This document shows positions 19,612 through 29,125 of a stretch of 64,000 nt of DNA, piece by piece; the stretch's first letter is position 1, and each line of letters begins with the position of its first letter. Origin of the DNA: an uncultured Thermoleophilia bacterium (GTDB taxonomy: Bacteria > Actinomycetota > Thermoleophilia > UBA2241); contig CAVPCT010000003.1 of assembly GCA_963702475.1 (NCBI GenBank), forward strand, positions 576,001 to 640,000. Reading direction: 5' to 3'. A program made the position numbers and the translations under genes. A model generated the notes under the pieces. It was not told the origin of the DNA and ran no database searches. It saw nothing but the letters and a program-made list of their open reading frames with translations.

Positions 19612-20423
19612 GGCTGTTCGTCGCCATCGATCTGGAAGGCATCAGCGGGGTGGTCTCGGAGGCCGACACAGAGCGTAGCGGCCCGGCGGCCGAGCAGGCC
19701 CGGCGCCACATGCGCGCCGATCTGGACGCCGTCCTCGCCGGCTGTCTCGCCGCCGGGGCACGGGACATCGTCGTGTGCGACGCGCACGACCACGGCCGGA
19801 ACCTGGATCCCGAAGGCCTGCCGGAAGAGGTCGTGCTGGTGGCCGGGTCGCCGACGCCCGACAGCATGCTGCAGGGCCTCGGCCCCGGCTTCGACGGCGC
19901 GCTTTTCGTGGGCTACCACGCGCGCGCCGGCACGGCCGGGGCCGTGCTCGAGCACACCTGGAACTACAAGGTCTTCTCGGCGGTCTTCGGCGACCTCGAG
20001 GTCGGCGAGTTCGGACTCGGCGCCCTGGTCGCCGGCCACCACGGCGTGCCCGCCGTGTACCTCTCCGGCGACGACAAGGCCGCCGCCGAGGCGGCGGCCT
20101 TGGTGCCGGGCATCGTGACCACCGTGGTGAAACGCGGCGTCACGCGGCTGGCCGCCGAGCTCCCGTCGCCCGCCTCGTCCCGCGCTCGCATGGCCGCGGA
20201 CGTCGAACGGGCGCTGCGCGCGCCGGAGAAGCCGGAACCGCTCGTCTGGAACGGCGAGCCACTGCGCCTCACGTTCACTCGCGTGGAGTTCTGCGACCGC
20301 GCCGCCGGCTGCCCGGGCGTGCGGCGTCTGGACGGGCGCACGCTCGAGATAGCCGGCGTCGGCCTGCCGGAGATCTACGGGGCCTTCCTGGCGTGCGTCG
20401 GCCTGTCTGAGCTTGGGATCTGA
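19608..20423 (+). CDS. M55 family D-aminopeptidase (DppA-like)
   Basis: AIDLEGISGV, DAH, FVGYHARAG, LEHT, LSGD; ATGA coupling to M42 gene. Confidence 0.92.
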   Translation: MRLFVAIDLEGISGVVSEADTERSGPAAEQARRHMRADLDAVLAGCLAAGARDIVVCDAHDHGRNLDPEGLPEEVVLVAGSPTPDSMLQGLGPGFDGALFVGYHARAGTAGAVLEHTWNYKVFSAVFGDLEVGEFGLGALVAGHHGVPAVYLSGDDKAAAEAAALVPGIVTTVVKRGVTRLAAELPSPASSRARMAADVERALRAPEKPEPLVWNGEPLRLTFTRVEFCDRAAGCPGVRRLDGRTLEIAGVGLPEIYGAFLACVGLSELGI

Positions 20424-20501
20424 GGTACCGCTCCTGTCGAGCGGGGCTCCGGCGGCGGCAAGTTGCGGGGTGCCGTCGCCTGTGGTGAACTAGCACGGCG
20501 A

Positions 20502-20577
20502 GCGGATGTGGTGCAGTTGGTAGCACGTCAGCTTCCCAAGCTGAAGACCGCGGGTTCGAGTCCCGTCATCCGCTCCA
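20502..20577 (+). tRNA. tRNA-Gly(CCC)
   Basis: GCGGATG acceptor stem pairing with CATCCGC, anticodon arm TCAGC-TT-CCC-AA-GCTGA, GGTTCGAGTCC T-loop, encoded CCA end. Confidence 0.97.
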
Positions 20578-20717
20578 GTTCCCGATCCTTGGCGTCTGAC
20601 CCGCCATATCGTCACCCCTGACCGGTCCTCCCATCCCCCCGACTGGCGCTCGCGGCCGGCCGCCGCGCCCCATCGGTCGCCCTCCTCGCCGCCCTGTGGT
20701 GTGCCGCTCGAGCGAAG

Positions 20718-20754
20718 TCAGGATTCCCTGCCGGTGGAAATGCGGGTATCCTAA
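20718..20754 (+). promoter_or_regulatory. possible DtxR-family autoregulatory boxes
   Basis: TCAGG-ATTC-CCTGC (20718) and TGCGG-GTAT-CCTAA (20741) loosely resemble TTAGG-N4-CCTAA palindromes upstream of the DtxR gene. Confidence 0.3.
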
Positions 20755-20805
20755 CGATGTATCCCGCCTCCCGACCCCGGAGGCTCTGCAGGAGCGGAGG
20801 ACACG

Positions 20806-21462
20806 TTGCCCACACGCACCCACGGCACGGACGAGTATCTGGAGGCCATCTTCAAGCTCGAACGCGGCGCCGAGCCCGTCACGGTCAAGCGCCTCGCGAC
20901 AGAGCTGGGTTTCACGCCGCCCTCGGTGTCCGAGATGGTGTCGCGGCTCAGGGCTCAGGGTCTGGTGGAGGAGAGGGGCGAGGGCGGCATCCGCCTCACC
21001 TCAGAGGGCGCGCGCGAGGGCGCGAGCCTGGTGCGTCGACACCGTCTCAGTGAACGCTTCCTGGTCGACTACCTCGGCATGCCGTGGGACGAGGTGCACG
21101 ACGAGGCGTGCAAGCTCGAACACGTGCTCAGCCCCGAGGTCGAGGCGCGCCTGGCGGAGCAGCTCGGCGACCCGCGCACCTGCCCGCACGGCCACGTTAT
21201 CCCGGCCGAGGACGGCACGCTCGCGGAGACGGAGCTGCGGCCCCTCTCCGACCTCGAGATCGGCGATCGCGCCGTGATCGGGTGCATCACCGAGGAGAGC
21301 GGCGAGTTCCTGCGGTACCTCGGCTCGCTGGGACTTCTTCCGGAGACCCCCGTCGAGATCGAGAGCGTCGCTCCTTTCGGCGGCCCGTTGCTGGTGCGCG
21401 TGGCCGGGTCTCAGTACGCCTTGGGCCGTGAGGTGGCCGGCAAGATCATGGTCCGTTCCTGA
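20806..21462 (+). CDS. DtxR/IdeR/MntR metal-dependent repressor with C-terminal FeoA domain
   Basis: DEYLEAIF, PPSVSEM, RRHRLSERFL, EACKLEH, CPHG, FeoA-like LGLLPET...APFGGP; TTG start. Confidence 0.93.
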   Translation: MPTRTHGTDEYLEAIFKLERGAEPVTVKRLATELGFTPPSVSEMVSRLRAQGLVEERGEGGIRLTSEGAREGASLVRRHRLSERFLVDYLGMPWDEVHDEACKLEHVLSPEVEARLAEQLGDPRTCPHGHVIPAEDGTLAETELRPLSDLEIGDRAVIGCITEESGEFLRYLGSLGLLPETPVEIESVAPFGGPLLVRVAGSQYALGREVAGKIMVRS

Positions 21463-21465
21463 GCC

Positions 21466-23454
21466 GTGACCGCCGCCGTCGCCCCGTCGCAACGCCCTCA
21501 TCACATGCGCCACGCCGACGAGCCGTTGGTCGTCTACGTCGCCGGCAACCCCAACGTCGGCAAGACCTCGTTGTTCAACGCGCTCACGGGCGCGGCCGAA
21601 GAAACGGCCAACTACGCCGGTGTGAGCGTCGAGACCGTGAGTCTCTGCACGCACTGGGGCGAGCGCTCTGTCGAGGTGGTCGACCTGCCCGGCGCCTACG
21701 CGCTGGCGGGCAGGTCGGAGGACCAGCGCGCGGCGCGGGACGATCTCCTGGCGCGCCGGCCGGACGTGGTGGTGGCCGTGGTCGACTCGACCAACCTCGG
21801 GCGCGGCCTGTACCTGCCGCTGCAGCTCATCGACCTGGGCTACCACGTCGCCCTGGCCCTCAACCTCACAGACGAGGCGCGCCGCCGGGGCCGGGAGCCA
21901 GACGCTCATGTGCTCGAAGAACGACTCGGGGCGCCGGTGGTACCCACGGTGGCGCCCCGCGGCCACGGCCTGCCGGAGCTGCAGACGGCCATCATCGACG
22001 CCGCGTTCGACCCGCGCTTCAGGCGACGCGGCACCCAGCTCCCCAAGGCCGTCGAGGCCCGCCTGCACCAGCTCGCCGCCGAGATCGCGAAGCGCCGCGG
22101 CGACGGCGAGCTGCCCGGCGGGTTCACGCCGAGAGCCACGGCGCTGGCCGTGCTCGAGGGCGACACGGCCATCGCCGAGGGCCTCGGCCTCGTCGCTGAC
22201 GGCGTGCTCACCAAGGACGACGACGGCCTCGCCGTACAGATCGCCTCGGCGCGGCACGCCGAGGCGCGGCGCCTCGCCGCTGCGGCGCAGGCGCCGCCCA
22301 GCGCCGCCTCCGACACGCTGTGGCGCCTCACGACCTCGCCGCGCACCGGCATCCCCATCATGATCGGCGTGGTGGCGGCCATGTTCGCCACGCTGTTCGT
22401 GGTCGGGGATGTGCTGTCGCGGCTGCTCACCGGGCTCTGGACGGCGTGGATCTCGCCGGCCGTGATCAGCGCGGTGGAGGCCGTGCTCGGCGACGGCACG
22501 GCGGCGCGCATCGTGCTCTGGGGCGTGGACGGCGGCATCCTCGCCACACTCGCCGTCGGCATCCCGTACATCCTCACGTTCTACCTGATCCTCGCGCTGG
22601 TGGAGGACTCCGGATACATGAACGCGGCGGCGTTCCTGAGCGATCGCGTGATGCACCGGTTCGGGCTGCACGGTCGCGCCGTGATGCCGCTCATCGCGGC
22701 CGGCGGCTGCAATGTCCCGGCCGTGATCGCCACGCGCACGCTCTCCAACCCGCGCGAACGATTCATCGCCTCCGTGCTCGCCACGCTCACGCCGTGCAGC
22801 GCGCGCACGGCCGTGATCATCGGCGCCGTGGCCGGCGTGGCCGGCTGGCAGTACGCCCTGCTCACGTACGGCGTGCTGCTCGTCGTGCTGGTCGGCGCCG
22901 GCCTTGTTCTGAACCGCCTGCTGCCGGGCGAAGAGGGACCTCTCGTCATGGAGATGTTCCCCTTCAGGCGGCCGGTGATCCGCCAGGTCCTGGCCAAGAC
23001 CTGGCGGCGCTTTCGCGAGTTCGTCTGGGACGCCGCCCCCATCATCCTGCTCGGCAGCATGGCGCTCGGCGTGCTCTACGAGACCGGGCTCGTCTGGAAC
23101 CTCGGGCCGGTCCTCTCGCCCATCGTCGAGGGCTGGCTCATGCTGCCGGCCGTTGCAGGGCTCACGCTCATCTTCGCCGTGCTGCGCAAGGAGATGGCGC
23201 TCCAGCTCCTGCTGGTGTTCGCGGCCGTCGAAGCCGGCGGTGCGGTGGTGAGCATCGCGACGATCATGTCGACGTCGCAGATCGTGACGTACGCTCTGGT
23301 GAACGCCATCTACATCCCCTGCCTCGCCACGATCACCGTGCTCGGCCGCGTGGTGGGCTGGAAACGCACGGTGTACATCATCCTGGGCACCATCGCCCTC
23401 GCTCTCGCGGTCGGCGGTGTCGTGGCCCGTCTGCTCCCGCTGCTCGGCGCCTGA
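21466..23454 (+). CDS. feoB: ferrous iron transport protein B
   Basis: GNPNVGKTSLFN, DLPG, EDSGYM, GCNVPA, PCSAR, YIPCLAT. Confidence 0.95.
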   Translation: MTAAVAPSQRPHHMRHADEPLVVYVAGNPNVGKTSLFNALTGAAEETANYAGVSVETVSLCTHWGERSVEVVDLPGAYALAGRSEDQRAARDDLLARRPDVVVAVVDSTNLGRGLYLPLQLIDLGYHVALALNLTDEARRRGREPDAHVLEERLGAPVVPTVAPRGHGLPELQTAIIDAAFDPRFRRRGTQLPKAVEARLHQLAAEIAKRRGDGELPGGFTPRATALAVLEGDTAIAEGLGLVADGVLTKDDDGLAVQIASARHAEARRLAAAAQAPPSAASDTLWRLTTSPRTGIPIMIGVVAAMFATLFVVGDVLSRLLTGLWTAWISPAVISAVEAVLGDGTAARIVLWGVDGGILATLAVGIPYILTFYLILALVEDSGYMNAAAFLSDRVMHRFGLHGRAVMPLIAAGGCNVPAVIATRTLSNPRERFIASVLATLTPCSARTAVIIGAVAGVAGWQYALLTYGVLLVVLVGAGLVLNRLLPGEEGPLVMEMFPFRRPVIRQVLAKTWRRFREFVWDAAPIILLGSMALGVLYETGLVWNLGPVLSPIVEGWLMLPAVAGLTLIFAVLRKEMALQLLLVFAAVEAGGAVVSIATIMSTSQIVTYALVNAIYIPCLATITVLGRVVGWKRTVYIILGTIALALAVGGVVARLLPLLGA

Positions 23455-23552
23455 GGCGCCGCGCTCGAGCACGGCGCACGGCACGAGGATTGGCCGTCGC
23501 CGGCCGGTGGTAGGATTCCTCTCGCCCGGAGAGAATCCCGAGGCGCGCGACC

Positions 23553-24041
23553 ATGGGCCACTCCGACCGACACATCCGGCGTCAGGCGTCCCGCCTGCTC
23601 CACGGTGCCGGCATCACCCGCGAGCCGGTGTCGCTGCGCGACGTCGTCAGCGCCCTGAACCTCGAGGTCGTCCAGACCGCCCGGGAGCCGTTCATGAGCG
23701 AAGCTGCTCTCGAGCCGCTGGGTGACGGCTACGCCATCGTCCTGCACGGCGACAGCGACGAACGCCGTCGCCGCTTCACCATCGCCCACGAGATCGGTCA
23801 CTTCGTGCTGCATCCGGGGCGGCCGCGCATGGAGCGAGGCGGACAGGTCACCGAGGGAGGCCGGCTCGAGGAGCGTGAGGCCGACGTGTTCGCCGCCGAG
23901 CTGCTCATGCCCGAGCCCCTGGTCCGCGAGGCGGTGTACGAGCAGGGGCTCGACGTCGCGCGGCTCTCGGACCGCTTCCTCGTGAGCCGCAGGGCCATGC
24001 AGCTTCGTCTCAGGTACCTCGGGCTCGCGCACGACGCCTGA
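23553..24041 (+). CDS. ImmA/IrrE family metallo-endopeptidase
   Basis: RRRFTIAHEIGH, EREADVFAAELLMP, F.VS..A...RL. Confidence 0.9.
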   Translation: MGHSDRHIRRQASRLLHGAGITREPVSLRDVVSALNLEVVQTAREPFMSEAALEPLGDGYAIVLHGDSDERRRRFTIAHEIGHFVLHPGRPRMERGGQVTEGGRLEEREADVFAAELLMPEPLVREAVYEQGLDVARLSDRFLVSRRAMQLRLRYLGLAHDA

Positions 24042-24126
24042 GGCCGGGCTGACCCGGGTCGTACGCCGGAAGGACGGGAGCCGGCGGCCCGGGTGAGACG
24101 GTCGCCCGCCGCGACCCGCCCGCCCG

Positions 24127-24906
24127 TCAGCCGTTCTGCGGGGCGTTCGCCTGCACCCATCCCAGGGTCGCGCGTGCGACCTCAGGCGAGCGCCCGGGCG
24201 CGTGGTGTCCCCCGCTCTCCAGCACCAGGAACCGCGTCGGCGGAGCGAGCACGGCCGCGAGGCGCTCGCTGTGGGCGAAGGGGACCGCGTCGTCGTCGCG
24301 CGCGTGCGCGAGCAGCACGCGCGGCATGCACTTGGCCACAGTCACCAGGTCCAGGCGCGCGAGGAACGGCCGCAGAGCGGCCGCGTCGAAGCGCCCCCGG
24401 TAGCCCGGTTCCCGGTGGGCGCCGAGCGCTGCGCCCTCGGCGCCCACGCGGGCGTCGCGCTCGCCCTCCAGCTCGTCGAGCCCGGCGAGCAGCGACGGGC
24501 CGTCGGCCGGGCAGAGCGCGACCAGCGCGCTGAACAGCTCGGGGTGGGCGTGGGCGGCCAGCAGCAGCATGCAGCCGCCCATGCTCGCCCCGCGTGCCGC
24601 GACCCAGGGCGCGCCGCTCAGGCGTAGCAGGGTCTCGGCGGCCGCCACCACGTCGTGCCAGGCGTCCGGGTCCAGGACGCCGGCGCTGTCCCCGTGGCCG
24701 CGGAAGTCGAACGTGAGCGCGGCCAGCCCGGCCGCGGCCGCCTGCTCGCCCATGAGGGCGTGGTTCTCCTTGCGGCTGCCGGCGCCGTGGCAGACCACGA
24801 GTGCGCCGTCGGGCTCGCCGGCCGGCCGGTAGAGCAGGCCGGCGAGCTCGAGCCCGTCAGCGGTGAACGTGATCGGGTGGGGGAGTGCGGGGGGAGCGTT
24901 CGTCAC
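24127..24906 (-). CDS. alpha/beta fold hydrolase
   Basis: VVCHGAGS, FDFRGHGDS, GASMGG nucleophile, D..VP, GHH. Confidence 0.88.
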   Translation of the reverse strand: MTNAPPALPHPITFTADGLELAGLLYRPAGEPDGALVVCHGAGSRKENHALMGEQAAAAGLAALTFDFRGHGDSAGVLDPDAWHDVVAAAETLLRLSGAPWVAARGASMGGCMLLLAAHAHPELFSALVALCPADGPSLLAGLDELEGERDARVGAEGAALGAHREPGYRGRFDAAALRPFLARLDLVTVAKCMPRVLLAHARDDDAVPFAHSERLAAVLAPPTRFLVLESGGHHAPGRSPEVARATLGWVQANAPQNG

Positions 24907-25103
24907 AGCGGCAGTCTAAACCGCCGGTCGCGGACGTGGGTGGCGAGGGACTGACGATCGCGCGGGTCGGCGGCAACGCGGTCGACGCCGGGGCGGTCGC
25001 GGCCGCGCCCCGCGGCGCCCCGGCCCTGCGCTGGGCGCCGTCGCGAAGCGCCTGCGGTTTTCCTGTACTATCCGGCGGCCCTGCCCGCCGTCCTGGAGGC
25101 CTC

Positions 25104-26354
25104 ATGCACGAAGTCAACGTCGGCCGCAAGTCGCTGGCCGACTACCGCTCCATCGTTCCGCGCGAGCTCATGGATGAGATCGATGCCCTCGCCGAGGAAC
25201 TGCGCGGCGCTCGCGTGCTGCACGTCAACGCCACCGCCTTCGGCGGCGGCGTCGCCGAGATCCTGTACACGCTGGTCCCGCTGGTCACCGACGCCGGTCT
25301 GCACGCCGAGTGGCGGGTGATGAGCGCGCCGCCCGAGTTCTTCAACGTCACCAAGAGCTTCCACAACGGCCTGCAGGGCCACGACGTCGACTTCCCGGCC
25401 GAGGCCCGGACGCTCTACGAGGACGTGTGCAGGGCCAACGCGGCCGACCTCACGCGCGACTACGAGTTCATCGTGATCCACGACCCCCAGCCGCTGCTCA
25501 TGCGGGGCTTCGCCACGCAGGTGCCGGCTGAGACGAAGTGGGCGTGGCGCTGCCACATCGACACGTCCACACCCAACGTGGCGCTGTACGACTACCTGCT
25601 GCCGTCCATCAACGCTTACGACGCGGCCGTGTACACCCTGCGCGACTACGTGCCGCAGGGTCTCACGGTGCCGGTGCGCGAGATCGCCCCGACCATCGAT
25701 CCACTGGCGCCGAAGAACATGCGCCTCTCCTCCGAAGACGCCACCTACATCGTGCGACAGTTCGGCGTGGACGTGGAGCGCCCGCTGCTTCTGCAGGTGT
25801 CGCGTTTCGACCCCTGGAAGGACCCGCTCGGACTGGTCGACGTGTACCGCGCCGTCAAGAAGGTGCACGAGGGCGCGCAGCTGGCGCTGATCGGCTCCAT
25901 GGCCAGTGACGACCCCGAGGGCTGGGAGTTCCTCGAGAAGGTCATCGACTACGTGGGGGAGGACCCCGATGTGTTCGTGCTCTCCAACCTGGACAACGTG
26001 GGCTCCGTGGAGGTGAACGCGTTCCAGAGCCACGCCGACGTGGTCATCCAGAAGTCGCTGCGCGAGGGCTTCGGTCTCACGGTGACGGAGGCGCTGTGGA
26101 AGGCGCGACCCACCATCGGCGGTGCCGTGGGAGGCATCCCGCTGCAGATCCAGAACGGTGTGACCGGGTACCTGGTGAGCTCCGCCGCCGAGTGTGCCGA
26201 GCGCTGCCTCGAGGTGATGGCCGAGCCGGCCAGGCATCGCGAGATGGCCCTGGCCGGCAAGGAGTACGTGCGGCGCGAGTTCCTCACGCCGCGCCTGCTG
26301 CGGGACGACCTGCGGCTCTTCCGCGACCTGCGCGCGGGTAAGATAGCCGAGTAG
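25104..26354 (+). CDS. treT: trehalose synthase TreT-like GT4 glycosyltransferase
   Basis: HVNATAFGGGVAEIL, IHDPQP, WRCHID, SRFDPWKDP, QKSLREGFGLTVTEA; GGAGG RBS; TAG stop. Confidence 0.88.
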   Translation: MHEVNVGRKSLADYRSIVPRELMDEIDALAEELRGARVLHVNATAFGGGVAEILYTLVPLVTDAGLHAEWRVMSAPPEFFNVTKSFHNGLQGHDVDFPAEARTLYEDVCRANAADLTRDYEFIVIHDPQPLLMRGFATQVPAETKWAWRCHIDTSTPNVALYDYLLPSINAYDAAVYTLRDYVPQGLTVPVREIAPTIDPLAPKNMRLSSEDATYIVRQFGVDVERPLLLQVSRFDPWKDPLGLVDVYRAVKKVHEGAQLALIGSMASDDPEGWEFLEKVIDYVGEDPDVFVLSNLDNVGSVEVNAFQSHADVVIQKSLREGFGLTVTEALWKARPTIGGAVGGIPLQIQNGVTGYLVSSAAECAERCLEVMAEPARHREMALAGKEYVRREFLTPRLLRDDLRLFRDLRAGKIAE

Positions 26355-26372
26355 GTCCCAAGCGAACAGGGG

Positions 26373-27857
26373 GTGGTGGTGGCCGCTGAGGCGGAACGTC
26401 GTCTGGTCATCGCCGCCAACCGCGGCCCGGTCTCGTTCCACAGCGACCCGTCCGGTGAGCCTGTCGTCACGCGCGGACCCGGCGGCCTCGTCACCGTGCT
26501 CACGGAGCTGCTGCGCACGCACCCCGGCACCTGGGTGGCCACGGCGCTGGGCGACGAGGAGGAGCGCCTCGCCGACCAGCGCCGCGCCGTGGACGTACGG
26601 CTCGAGGGCGACGCATACCGCGTGCGGTACGTCGCCGTGGAGCGGGACGTCTACCACAAGTACTACAACATCGTCGCCAACCCGATGTTGTGGTTCATCC
26701 AGCATTACCTGTGGGACCTCGGGCGGCACCCCGACATCTCGCCGAACGAGGTCGACGCGTTCTGGAACGGGTACATGCCGGTGCAGCGCCTCTTCGCGGC
26801 GGCAGTGAGCGACGAGCTCAGGGCCGGTGGTCCGGGCGAGCCGCTGGCCATGCTGCACGACTACCACCTGTACGGCGTGGCGCCGCTGGTGCGCGAAGCG
26901 GTGCCCGGCGCCTTCTTGCACCAGTTCGTGCACATCCCGTGGGCGCAGAGCGACGCCTGGCTGGTGCTGCCGGAGGCGATCAGGAACGCCGTGTTCACCG
27001 GCCTGCTCGGCAACGACGTCGTGGCCTTCCATACGCATCACTACGCCGTGAACTTCCTGCAGGGCTGCCGCGACCTGCTCGACCTGCAGGTGGACGAGCG
27101 CGCGCTGGTGGTCGACACGGGGCGCCGCCGCGTGTGGGTGCGGGCGTATCCTGTCTCCATCGATCCCGGGCAGCTGGTACGGGCCGCCGCCGCGCGCCGT
27201 GTCGCGGCGGCCGAAGCGGCTCTGCTGGCGCGCCGCCGCGAGTTCCTCGTGCTGCGCGTCGACCGTCTCGACCTCAGCAAGAACATCATCCGCGGCTTTG
27301 TCGCCTTCGACCGCTTCCTCGACCTCCACCCGGAGTTCAAGGACCGCATCACCTTCCTGGCCCTGCTGCAGCCCTCTCGCGAGGACGTGGAGGAGTACGT
27401 GGTCTACCGCGAGCGGGTGGTGCGCACGGTGGAGCAGATCAACACCAAGCACGGCAACACCGACTGGATGCCCATCGACCTGCGCGTCGAGGACAACTTT
27501 CCCCAGACCTTGGCTGCCTACAAGCACTACGACGCGCTGGTGGTGAACGCCATCTTCGACGGCATGAACCTGGTCGCCAAGGAGGGTCCCGTCGTCAACA
27601 CGCGGGACGGGGTGCTCATCCTCAGCGAGAACACCGGCGCGTTCGAGGAGCTCGGCATGTTCGCCGTGGGCGTGAACCCCTTCGACATCGAGCAGCAGGC
27701 CGAAGCCATCCACCAGGCGCTCACGATGGGCGCGGACGAGCGACGCACGCGCGCCGAGGCGCTGCGCAGCGTGGTCGACACGAACACCATCGAGAAGTGG
27801 GTGGCCACGCAGTTCGACGACATCGCCGCCAAGCGCGCCGAGGACCCCCCGGCGTAG
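26373..27857 (+). CDS. otsA: trehalose-6-phosphate synthase (GT20)
   Basis: ANRGP, GGLV, LWFIQHY, HDYHL, HIPW, RVDRLDLSKN, DGMNLVAKE, LSENTGA. Confidence 0.88.
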   Translation: MVVAAEAERRLVIAANRGPVSFHSDPSGEPVVTRGPGGLVTVLTELLRTHPGTWVATALGDEEERLADQRRAVDVRLEGDAYRVRYVAVERDVYHKYYNIVANPMLWFIQHYLWDLGRHPDISPNEVDAFWNGYMPVQRLFAAAVSDELRAGGPGEPLAMLHDYHLYGVAPLVREAVPGAFLHQFVHIPWAQSDAWLVLPEAIRNAVFTGLLGNDVVAFHTHHYAVNFLQGCRDLLDLQVDERALVVDTGRRRVWVRAYPVSIDPGQLVRAAAARRVAAAEAALLARRREFLVLRVDRLDLSKNIIRGFVAFDRFLDLHPEFKDRITFLALLQPSREDVEEYVVYRERVVRTVEQINTKHGNTDWMPIDLRVEDNFPQTLAAYKHYDALVVNAIFDGMNLVAKEGPVVNTRDGVLILSENTGAFEELGMFAVGVNPFDIEQQAEAIHQALTMGADERRTRAEALRSVVDTNTIEKWVATQFDDIAAKRAEDPPA

Positions 27858-27992
27858 CAGCATCGCGGGCCGCCGCGCCGACCGCCGATCTCCTGACCGG
27901 GCGTCAGGGCGCTCGTGAGACCGGGCTGAGGCTTCACCCTCTCGTTGACCGAAGTCAGGGCGCCGCCACGACGGCCGGCGTTCCGTGGCGTC

Positions 27993-28243
27993 ATGGTCAT
28001 CGAGATCATGGGCATCACGGCGAGAAGACGGCCGCGCTCGAAGCGCGTGCGCGAGGCGCTCGCGACCTCCGCTGCCGGACGACGTCGTCGTGCGTCGCGT
28101 CGCCGACCCTGCCGCGATCATCGCCCGCGGTGCACGCCGCTGGCCGGCGCTGCGGGTGGACGGCCGGGTGCTGTGCGCCGGCGGGTCACGCCGGCTCGGC
28201 GGCCGAGATCCGCGCCTGGCTGAGCGCGGCGCAGGAGCTGTAG
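27993..28243 (+). pseudogene. small thioredoxin-fold protein (MTH895/ArsE-like), frameshifted
   Basis: Pieces in different frames: MVIEIMG..., ...VREAL..., VVVRRVADPAAIIARG...PALRVDGRVL.AG, ...AEIRAWL; several indels (or sequencing errors). Confidence 0.55.
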
Positions 28244-28303
28244 CCCCGCCGGCAGTCTCAGGCCACAGAGTCGTGGCTCACATCATCGCGCGGGCCTCCG
28301 CCG

Positions 28304-29020
28304 TCAGCTCGGATAGATGTGCGGGTAGGAGACGAACAGGACGACGCAGTAGATGAGCAGCACCCCGGCCACCCCGTTCACGCTCCACCGCACGCCCCTG
28401 ACCTTGAAGCGCTGCCCGATGGCGATGAGGAACAGCGCCGCCGCGAGGACCACCGTGACGCGCACGTAGTCCTCCCCGATGAGGCGGGTCTCCACGCCCG
28501 AGGTCGAAGGCGTGCGTAGCCTCCTTGGTGAGTTCCGCCGCCTTCTCGACCAAGGGGTCTTCGTAACTCGGGCATGTACGCGGGCCCGGCAGGGGCGTCG
28601 GGGTCTGTTCAGAGGGTCGGTCTCGACCCAAGCGTCGAAGGCCTGCTTGTAATTGGGGAGGAAGCGCCGCTCCAGGAGTCGGCGAGCTGGCTGTCGTCCT
28701 TGGCCTCGCAGGCCTCGAAGCCACGCGGTCAAGTTGCCGGCGTTGTAGGCCAGCTGCTGGTTGGCGGTGAGCGAAGTGTTGCTCGCCTCGACGCGCAGCC
28801 GCGACGAGGTGGCGTACTCCTTGGCGCTCTCACCGTCGAAGAGCGCCGCCTGGTATCCGCTGAGGGCGGTGGCGAGGGCGACGATCACCGAGGAGGATGG
28901 CCTCGAGGATCTCGATGGTCTCGATGCGTCGCTTGCTCGGCTGTGGCTCTCAGGCCCTCGTGCTCGCCGTGTCTCGCGCAGCTTCTCCGCGACCTCGGCG
29001 TTGATGTTGCCCTCGGGCAT
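28304..29020 (-). CDS. hypothetical membrane protein with compensating frameshifts
   Basis: Hydrophobic segments (VIVALATALSGYQA; VTVVLAAALFLIAI) alternate with Arg-rich junk whose alternative frames read sensibly (IETIEILEAILL; YEDPLVEKAAELTKEA). Confidence 0.6.
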   Translation of the reverse strand: MPEGNINAEVAEKLRETRRARGPESHSRASDASRPSRSSRPSSSVIVALATALSGYQAALFDGESAKEYATSSRLRVEASNTSLTANQQLAYNAGNLTAWLRGLRGQGRQPARRLLERRFLPNYKQAFDAWVETDPLNRPRRPCRARVHARVTKTPWSRRRRNSPRRLRTPSTSGVETRLIGEDYVRVTVVLAAALFLIAIGQRFKVRGVRWSVNGVAGVLLIYCVVLFVSYPHIYPS

Positions 29021-29125
29021 TGCACGCTCCTCCCGGCGGTGGCGATTCGGGTGAGATGCTACAGCAGCGCCGACCGGGTGGTCATCCCGGGCCCCCGCGC
29101 CGCAGGGGACGGACGGGGCGCAGCC

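Noticed and set aside
20502-24041. Genomic island integrated at tRNA-Gly
   Set aside because: No integrase, no repeat of the tRNA 3' end seen, and no compositional shift
25068-28121. Very long antisense ORFs (e.g. 1017 aa here, 913 aa at 6356-9097, 827 aa at 21001-23484)
   Set aside because: Shadow frames of GC3-rich sense genes; no recognisable domains
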